Translations under genes and position numbers: made by a program
Notes under the pieces: model-generated
What the model was told of the DNA's origin: nothing
Seen by the model: the letters and a program-made list of their open reading frames with translations, nothing else
The model's database searches: none
In this document: positions 9,638-16,469 of the stretch, piece after piece
Position numbering within the stretch: position 1 is the stretch's first letter
Layout: the number at the start of each line of letters is the position of its first letter
Source: Octopus sinensis
Lineage: Eukaryota
Direction: 5' to 3'
NCBI RefSeq assembly: GCF_006345805.1
Contig: NW_021825172.1
Coordinates: forward strand, 1-16,469
Length of the DNA stretch: 16,469 nucleotides

Positions 9638-10297
9638 TTCGTCGAAGTCGGACGTGTTTTTTTGGCGGTGAGTCACACGTGTTATCGCACGTGGATAATT
9701 TTTCTGCTGTTCAACGTTTGTTGTTGAATATTTTTGTGAACTCTGTGAATTTTTGTACTTTTTCCCGGTGACGGGAAAAAGTTTGTTGTAAGACTGAAGT
9801 GATTATATGACTTTATTAATATTGTTGAACTTGTTAAAGCCGTTGTAGGCTTTATTGTCGTGCCCCCCCCCCGGCGGGGGTGGCATTTGAACTGTTATCC
9901 TTATTAAGAGAAAAAAAAAAAAAAAAATATTATAGGCTTTCTGTTTTTTTTGGGATAGCAACTGTTGTTGTGAAAAATAAACTTTAGCCATTGTAGGCTC
10001 TATGTGACATCCGCCCGTAGCACGGGCGAGATTTGAACTGTCGTCGTCGTGTTTTGGAAAAAATATAGGTTTCCCTTTTTGGGGATTTCGTTGTGGTGGA
10101 AATATTAATTTCAAATCGTCGTAGACTTTGTTGCTACGTCTCACCCCCCAGCGGGGGTGGGATTTGAACGTGGGACTGCGAACATTAAAAAAAAAAAAAA
10201 AAAAAAATTAATTAATTACTTTTGTCCTCTGTGAGAGGATAATTTCTTTTTTTCGAAAGGTCTCCCAGTTTTGTGGGAAACCAATTACTTTTCAACC
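9638..10297 (+). promoter_or_regulatory. LINE 5' UTR / putative internal promoter with tandem structured monomers
   Basis: DPE-like GGACGTG 9650-9656, AP-1-like TGAGTCA 9669-9675, two CACGTG E-boxes (9676-9681, 9688-9693), and three monomers each carrying ATTTGAAC (9885, 10031, 10162). Function is inferred. Confidence 0.65.
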
Positions 10298-11721
10298 ATG
10301 TCGGTTGAAATAATACATGAGAAATCTACTCTTGAAGAGAGCAATGTTGATGTTGGCAATTGCGCCAACGCTGTTAAAAAGTTTTCGGCAGTTGCAGAAG
10401 TAGCAACCGAAAATATAGATATCTCTGCAGACATGCTGGAGAGATATTTTAAAAGAATGAAGGAGGAGGGAGGTGATGTTGTGATATCGCCCTCCTCCAC
10501 CGTGCTAGAAACGGAAAAGAGGACCGTGGTGTTTAAAACCTTCTGCCCACAAGACAAAAGGTTTAAGCACTTCGGGAAGGAAACTATAGAAATATGCCTA
10601 GCTCCGATATGGAAGGATATAGTGTATATCTCGAGGGGACGGGCATACGGATCCGTTGAGGTTCAATTCTCAGAGGAAAAGGTGGCTCGCGGGCACTCCG
10701 TGTCCCCCCTGAAGACCAAGGAAGTGGTACTTTTTCCAACGTACATGGGGCGACGAACATCCCGTGTAAGGATTAATGAAATCCCACCCAAAGTAGACCC
10801 GAAAGAGGTGGTGGCCGGCCTGTTGTTTAATAGGACGGACCGGATAAACATATTACAGACCACATGTTCCGCCCAACGGCTGTGGTTAGGGCGGAACATA
10901 ACGGTTTTAATACAAGGAAAACAGGAGGACATTCAGGCCCTACCAGAGAGAGTACTCGTTGGGGAGAATGTGGCTCTTAGGGTACATGTGGAAGGCCGTA
11001 AGCCCACCTGTTACCATTGCGGAAAAAAGGGCCACATTCGAGCTGACTGTGAAGAAAAAAAAAAGTTGTTGCAAACACCAGGCCCCTCAAATAACCAAAA
11101 AAACCCCGCCCCCGCAAACACACCAGCCCCCACAAACACAAAACTCCCACCCCCGTTGTTGAGGTGCTAGTCCCCAAACAAAGCACAGAAAAACCCAGCC
11201 CCGGCACGCACAAGTCCCTACATAAACAAAATGACCCAACCCCCTCGGAAGACCCGGCACCAACGGAAAACACTGCGCCGAAAGAAACTGCCACCAGCCC
11301 CTCAGATAACACCATGGAGGTTTCAGAGGGTGGATTCACACCAGTGGAAAAGAAACGTTCCCGTAGACCTTCCCCACCCATATCCCCCACACAAAACAGA
11401 AAAAACGCACCACAGACAACAAAAAAGAAACCCTGCCCATCTGTCCCGGAAGAAAACAAAAATGCTATGTTAATAGAACACGATACGACAGACACGTATA
11501 CAAATGACGAAACTGTAAAACACAAAAATACTACGCTGAACATCCAACACCATGAGTGCAATGATAGAAGAACCCCTATACCGGGAACTAAAGGACAGGA
11601 ACCAGAAGGCCATATGGAAGATCGCGGATTTACCGAATTACGCGAAGAGAGAGAGGAGAAGAAGGGGACGGATCCACGTGTGGTGAGGTCATGCCCCACA
11701 TCTTCAAAGAAATGTAAGTAG
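10298..11721 (+). CDS. LINE ORF1 (gag-like nucleic-acid-binding protein with zinc knuckle), one frameshift
   Basis: ATG at 10298 in ACCATG context. CYHCGKKGHIRADC is a CX2CX4HX4C knuckle. ORF 10271-11170 joins ORF 11164-11721 if one A is added to the A-run at 11140-11143 (reading ...PAPTNTKTPTPVVEVLVPK...). Pro/Thr/Lys-rich tail, about 474 aa reconstructed. A 17-nt spacer precedes the ORF2 ATG. Confidence 0.85.
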
Positions 11722-11738
11722 AACCTTTACTTTTTGTA

Positions 11739-14700
11739 ATGGCATCTCTTAACCTTGGTTGTTTGAATGTGCGTGGTTTGAGTTCGAAGTGGAAGCAGGC
11801 GTGTTTCCTCGACGATCTCAGATCACATGATATGCATGTGATGGTTGCTACAGAGACCAAGCTGGACGGTCTACAAGCCTTCTCGCCTCTCCTGAATGAC
11901 TACGAGAAAATCATGTCTCCCGGTCAGACCGGAGGACGAGGGGGCGTAGTGGTACTGATCCGTAAAAGCTTGGCTCTGCAGACAAGTACAGTCTATGTGG
12001 ACCCTGAAGGTGGGCTGGTCGTCCTTGATGTGACACACAGCAGTAAGGCCTTCAGGTTGATCGGACTCTATGCACCTTGTGCTAGAGGCTTCCAAACTGA
12101 TTTTTATCGGCGCCTAGAGAACTTTCTCGTGACGTCGAAGACTTTAGTAGTATTAGGAGACTTTAATGCTATCGTTGACGTACACATCGATAGTGTTGGC
12201 TCGATCCATAGGAAAGTGAACTCACGTCTCGTGGACCTGCTTAAGCGGTTTCAGCTGGCAGATCGTTACAGACTTGACCATCCGAACGTCCCAGAGTGGA
12301 CCTGGATGAGTGGCGACGGAAGGTTCAAGTCTTATCTAGACAGGATAGTGATAAGAACTAGAGATAAATCTAGTTTTAGTTGTCCACAGCTTGTCCAGGT
12401 ACCCTATACGGACCATAGAATGGTCAAGTGTAGACTGGACATAGATAGCACACTAAAGATAGGAAACGGCTACTGGAAGCTAAACAAGTCTATTTTGACT
12501 TGTGAGGCATACCGCAGTCGGATTAAGGAGTTAGTGCAGAGGGCGTTAACCGGAGGAGTGGTTAACAACCGGTGGTGGTTCGCCCTGAAAAGAGCCATTC
12601 GATTCGAGTCCATTAGGTTTAGTAAGCAACTAAGACTAGATAGGGCTAGAATAGAAGAGCAATTAGCAAAGAAGTTAGAGGAGGCGTTGAGGTTGGGCTC
12701 TGCATCTCACATTTTGGCGGCGAGAACGGCATTAGACCGTCACCTCAAAACCAAACATGAGGGGTGTAGAATCCGGGCTAAAGTACGAACATTGGGCCGC
12801 GAGGGAATTAATGTTGCCGGATGGGCCCGTACGGTAGAAACCCAGCGTGGCAACAATTCCACAATTAGGTCTCTTGTTGATGGAAACGGATGCACGGTGA
12901 AGGAGCGGGACGAGATGTGTGAGGCACTTTACAAGCACTTCGCCGAGTTGTTCGGGAGGTGCGGGACGCTGGATCATGGTGAGGCCCTTAGGGACTTCCT
13001 GTCTGGTGGCCCGCGTCTCTCGGCACGAGAGGCTGAGTGCTGTGAGGGGCCAATCACAGCCGAGGAAGTAATCGAGGCGTTGGGCGAGTGCCCCGGGGAG
13101 AAGTCGCCGGGTCTCGATGGTCTGCCCTATGAGTTTTTTAAAAGTATGCCAGACTTGTTCGGACACCTGCTGGCTGGCGTCTTCGCCAACTGGCAGCAGA
13201 ATGGGAAAATTCCCAAGTCTGCGAGCCGGGGTGTGGTGACGTTAATCAGGAAGGACCCGAGCAAGGGGGACGAGATAGGCAACTTCAGGCCCATAACTCT
13301 GCTGAACACAGAGTTAAAGATTTTGGCCAATGTGCTGGCGAAAAGGTTGGCGCGGGTCGTGGATAAACTTGTCGGAGAAGCGCAAACGTGCGCTATCCCG
13401 GGCAGGACGATACACGACAATCTCCACCTTATACGCTATTCCTTAGAGCGGGTCGGGAAGCTTTCTGGCGCAGGAGGGGCACTGGTACATTTAGACCAGT
13501 CTAAGGCATTTGATAGGGTCGACCATCGGTACTTGGCGGCGGTCCTCGGGGAGGCTGGCCTGGGCCCGATCTTTCGAGGTTGGATCGCTGCTTTGTATAG
13601 CGACATCGAGTCTGTGGTCAAGGTGAACGGCTCTCTTTCGAAGCCGTTCAGGATCGAGCGTTCAGTCCGTCAGGGGTGTCCCCTGTCCCCGCTTCTATAT
13701 GTGTTGGCTCTTGAGCCTTTGCTACGGAAGTTGGAGGCAATAGGGGGCGCACCGCATGATCTATGGTGTGGAAGAGGAGCTACGGCGTACGCGGATGACA
13801 TCTCCATCATCGTGGCAGATGTGGACCAGCTTCCAGTGGTGGAAGAGGCCATCAAAAGCTACGAGGCGGTGGCAGGAGCAAAGGTGAACAAGAACAAGTC
13901 GGTCGGTTTGCAACTCGGCAACTGGAGGGGCAAGCTGATGCCGTCCAATAACGTAGTGGGGCGTTGGACGGAAGGTCCTGTTAAGCTGCTCGGAGTCTGG
14001 TTCGGGCCAGACCTCCAGATAGAGAAAAATTGGAGTGAGGTAGCCGGCAAGGTGACCGCTCTAACCCAGACCTGGTCTGGACGGCGTTATCCTTGCTAGG
14101 GAGGGCGGAGGTGGTGCAGATGTTCATAGCATCAGTAGTCACCTACCGCCTGACCGTGGTGCCTTGCCCCGATTTGTGGCTGAACAAGTTGGAGAGAATC
14201 CTTTTCCACTTTTTGTGGAAAGGAGGGAAGCCACTTGTAAAGCGCTCTGTCTGCTGCCAGAAACCGCTAAAGGGTGGGCTAGGGATGCCTTGGCTGAAGA
14301 TGCGAAAGGTCGCGTTAAGGTTGAGGCACCTCTGGCTTTACTTGGATGGAGAACAGGTGTGGTCACCGCACGTTCGGTTCTACTTTCCGCGATTAACGTC
14401 CTTAACGGACATTGGTAATTGGATCAAGCAGAGACCTAGGCTGGGGGACTGGCAATTGGAGTGCCGTCAGGCACTTCAACTACTCTCTCGGGCGGGCAAT
14501 GCCGGCAACAGGAGTTCCACGCGGATTTCTATAGCGGGTTAGTGGAGTTTAGTTAAGTCCGAAGACGCCTTGGGGGAGACCCTGGGCTACGATGAAAATC
14601 AGTTGACCAACCTGTTCCGGAGAACGTTCGGGCCGGGGTACCTGGATAATTACCAGAAATCCCTGGCCTGGCAGTGTTTCCGTGCGGCGTTACCTGTTCG

Positions 14701-15139
14701 CGACAAGCTGTCAAGGCACGGAAGTGCCGTCTCGCCGACATGTCCGCGATGTGAGCAGGAGGGGAAACCGTCTTGCACGCATTCGTGGAGTGTCCGGAGT
14801 TATCGGGACTGATTGCTTTCGCCGAACAACTGTTGTCAGTGAATGGAAGAGTACAGCTATCAGCGGAGTCTATCATTGAGATTGTGCCACCTCCTTTCCT
14901 CAGCAGGGAAAGGAAGGCTTGTTTTTCCTGCGTAGTAGCCATACTGAAAGAAACAGTATGGAAGACGTGCACGAAAGGTATAGTGACAGGTACCTTTGTA
15001 TCCGGCCAGGGGTTGGTTAACTTTTTCAGTTACCACCTCGGTAGTAAGATCAGGCTGGAGAAGGTGTCTGTCACGAGACATGTTTGCGAAAAGATGGAAG
15101 TCTGTAGCATGCAAGCTGCGTATATCTGGCACCAGGTAA
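11739..15139 (+). CDS. LINE ORF2: apurinic-like endonuclease + reverse transcriptase + C-terminal zinc finger, frameshifted in the last ~1 kb
   Basis: APE motifs LNVRGL, ATETK, GDFN, YLDRI, YTDH. RT motifs KSPGLDG, FRPITLLN, DQSKAFDRV, VRQGCPLSP, YADD, LLGV. Open for 786 codons, then continues through frameshifts near 14086 (RRLSLLGR), 14523 and 14551 (DFYSGLVEFKSED), 14761 (CPRCEQEGETVLHAFVEC = CX2CX8HX4C) and 15061 (SRDMFAKRW). Inferred stop TAA 15137-15139, about 1130 aa. Confidence 0.93.
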
Positions 15140-15345
15140 GTGTGGCCGGATCAAGAAGTAAAGGTTCTACCCAGATGGCTGGTATCCGTGCCCTACTGTA
15201 TAATAACAAATTTTTAAAACTTTATATTGTAAATATTATATATATTTTATTGTAATCACCAACGTTTTAAGCTACTACACCCTATATGTTTGTCTGTAAT
15301 TGTATGTCCCCTCTATGTAACGCCTTAATGGCGAATCTTTCATGA

Positions 15346-15351
15346 AATAAA
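15346..15351 (+). terminator. Polyadenylation signal at LINE 3' end
   Basis: AATAAA overlaps the start of the right-hand duplication; no poly(A) tail follows. Confidence 0.6.
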
Positions 15352-15497
15352 GTAGCTTGCTAACCAACCACATGGTCCGGGTTCAGTCCCACTGCGTGGC
15401 ACCTTGGGCAAGTGTCTTCTACTATAGCCCCGGGCCAACCAATGCCTTGTGAGTGGATTTGGTAGACGGAAACTGAAAGAAGCCCGTCGTATCTATG

Positions 15498-15535
<38 letters not shown>

Positions 15536-15760
15536 TATATATGTTGTGTGTTTATGTGTTTGTGTGTCTGTGTTTGTCCCCCCAGCATTGCTTGAAAACC
15601 GATGCTGGTGTGTTTACGTCCCCGTCACTTAGCGGTTCGGCAAAAGAGACCGATAGAATAAGTACTGGGCTTACAAAGAATAAGTCCCGAGGTCGATTTG
15701 CTCGACTAAAGGCGGTGCTCCAGCATGGCCGCAGTCAAATGACTGAAACAAGTAAAAGAG
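15350..15760 (+). mobile_element. SINE family A, 3' piece of the copy interrupted by the LINE
   Basis: Continues the consensus: B-box-like GGGTTCAGTCCC, ACCTTGGGCAAGT, central (TA)n/(TG)n tract, 3' tail AAGTAAAAGAG. Confidence 0.93.
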
Positions 15761-16013
15761 TGTGGCTAGCTTTTAATTCATCATCAAATGCAGGAATTTT
15801 GCTTTTCCATTAGATTTGAATTGTGGTTAGGGGACTCACTATGTATATAGATAACGCATATAAATACCAAAATAGAAACCTTGACCGTCGTTCTGTCCAG
15901 TATCCCATATAGTGGCTTAACAAAAATGGCTAAGAAAGAGATAGTAAGGGATTAGCTGTATTACTAAAGAGACAAGACAAAAGAAGACCGAAAGGGAAGT
16001 AAAAGCCGTAACC

Positions 16014-16367
16014 ATCTTTCACATTCGAAGTTAAAATTCAGTCGGGGTTGAATTTACCTTGCATATCTACGGCTTCGGTATAATCGAACAGCATTCCCTA
16101 CAATAAATTGTATCGGTTATAAGATTACCTGGAAGATTCGATGTTAAAATGATTGGAAAAGTAGTAAGATGGTATTGAGGTTCTTTAGCTTATATTGCGA
16201 GTTCAAATCTGGGGAACGGTATTATTCCTTCCGTTTATGTTAGATCAGAGGCCTTCTCGATATCTATAGTGATTTATTGAAATACTGGGAAAGATTTATT
16301 GAAATCCATGGAAATTTTGGTTATAGAGAAAGCGGAGGTCCTTGTGCCTATGTGAGAAATCAATAAG
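16014..16367 (+). mobile_element. Decayed family B-like fragments
   Basis: AGTTAAAATTCAGTCGGGGTTGAATTTACCTTGCAT, GAGTTCAAATC and CCTTGTGCCTATGTGAGAAA resemble the family B body and tail. Confidence 0.5.
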
Positions 16368-16469
16368 AGCTGACAAAAAGAAAAATCGGTTAAAAAAATC
16401 GTACGAATATAAAAATATATCGTGTGGGTAAGTTATGGAGAAAAAAAATATACCAAAAGCATTAAGAAG

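Larger units (their letters stand above)
9638..15351 (+). mobile_element. Near full-length L1/Tx1-clade non-LTR retrotransposon (LINE)
   Basis: 5' UTR, ORF1 with CCHC knuckle, ORF2 with APE endonuclease, RT and C-terminal CCHC, 3' UTR ending at AATAAA (15346-15351). Flanked by a 16-bp direct repeat (9622-9637 and 15350-15365, 15/16 identical) and by the two halves of one SINE. Tx1 assignment is inferred from domain architecture and motifs. Confidence 0.95.

Noticed and set aside
9638-9730. HDV-like ribozyme at the LINE 5' end
   Set aside because: Could not build the nested double pseudoknot by eye.
10977-11699. 240-aa antisense ORF within ORF1, and other antisense ORFs in ORF2
   Set aside because: No motifs; expected shadow of compositionally biased coding sequence.
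9607-15400. tRNA gene or LTR interpretation of the LINE flanks
   Set aside because: The flanks are two halves of one SINE; no full cloverleaf, long terminal repeats, integrase or protease.

Overview
Eukaryotic, AT-rich, repeat-dense DNA with no recognisable host gene. From memory the SINE families look like octopus/cephalopod repeats (not checked). The main feature is a near full-length (~5.7 kb) L1/Tx1-type non-LTR retrotransposon at 9638-15351 (+). It has a structured 5' UTR built from ~130-146 bp monomers, a CCHC-knuckle ORF1 and an APE-RT-zinc finger ORF2 broken only by small frameshifts. It sits inside the tRNA-like head of a SINE with a 16-bp duplication (AAGTAGCTYGCTAACC). An Inr-like sequence in that duplication lies exactly 27 nt upstream of a DPE-like GGACGTG in the element, which suggests a SINE-targeting LINE that may borrow its start site from the target (hypothesis). 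The window also holds five clear copies of one tRNA-derived SINE (family A), several copies of a second (family B), a decayed CR1-like LINE fragment, a diverged fragment of a related Tx1 RT, a degenerate type I hammerhead ribozyme motif at 1-100, an old ~130-140 bp tandem array and long microsatellites. Most short ORFs in the track are artefacts of repeats. All alignments and folds were done by eye.
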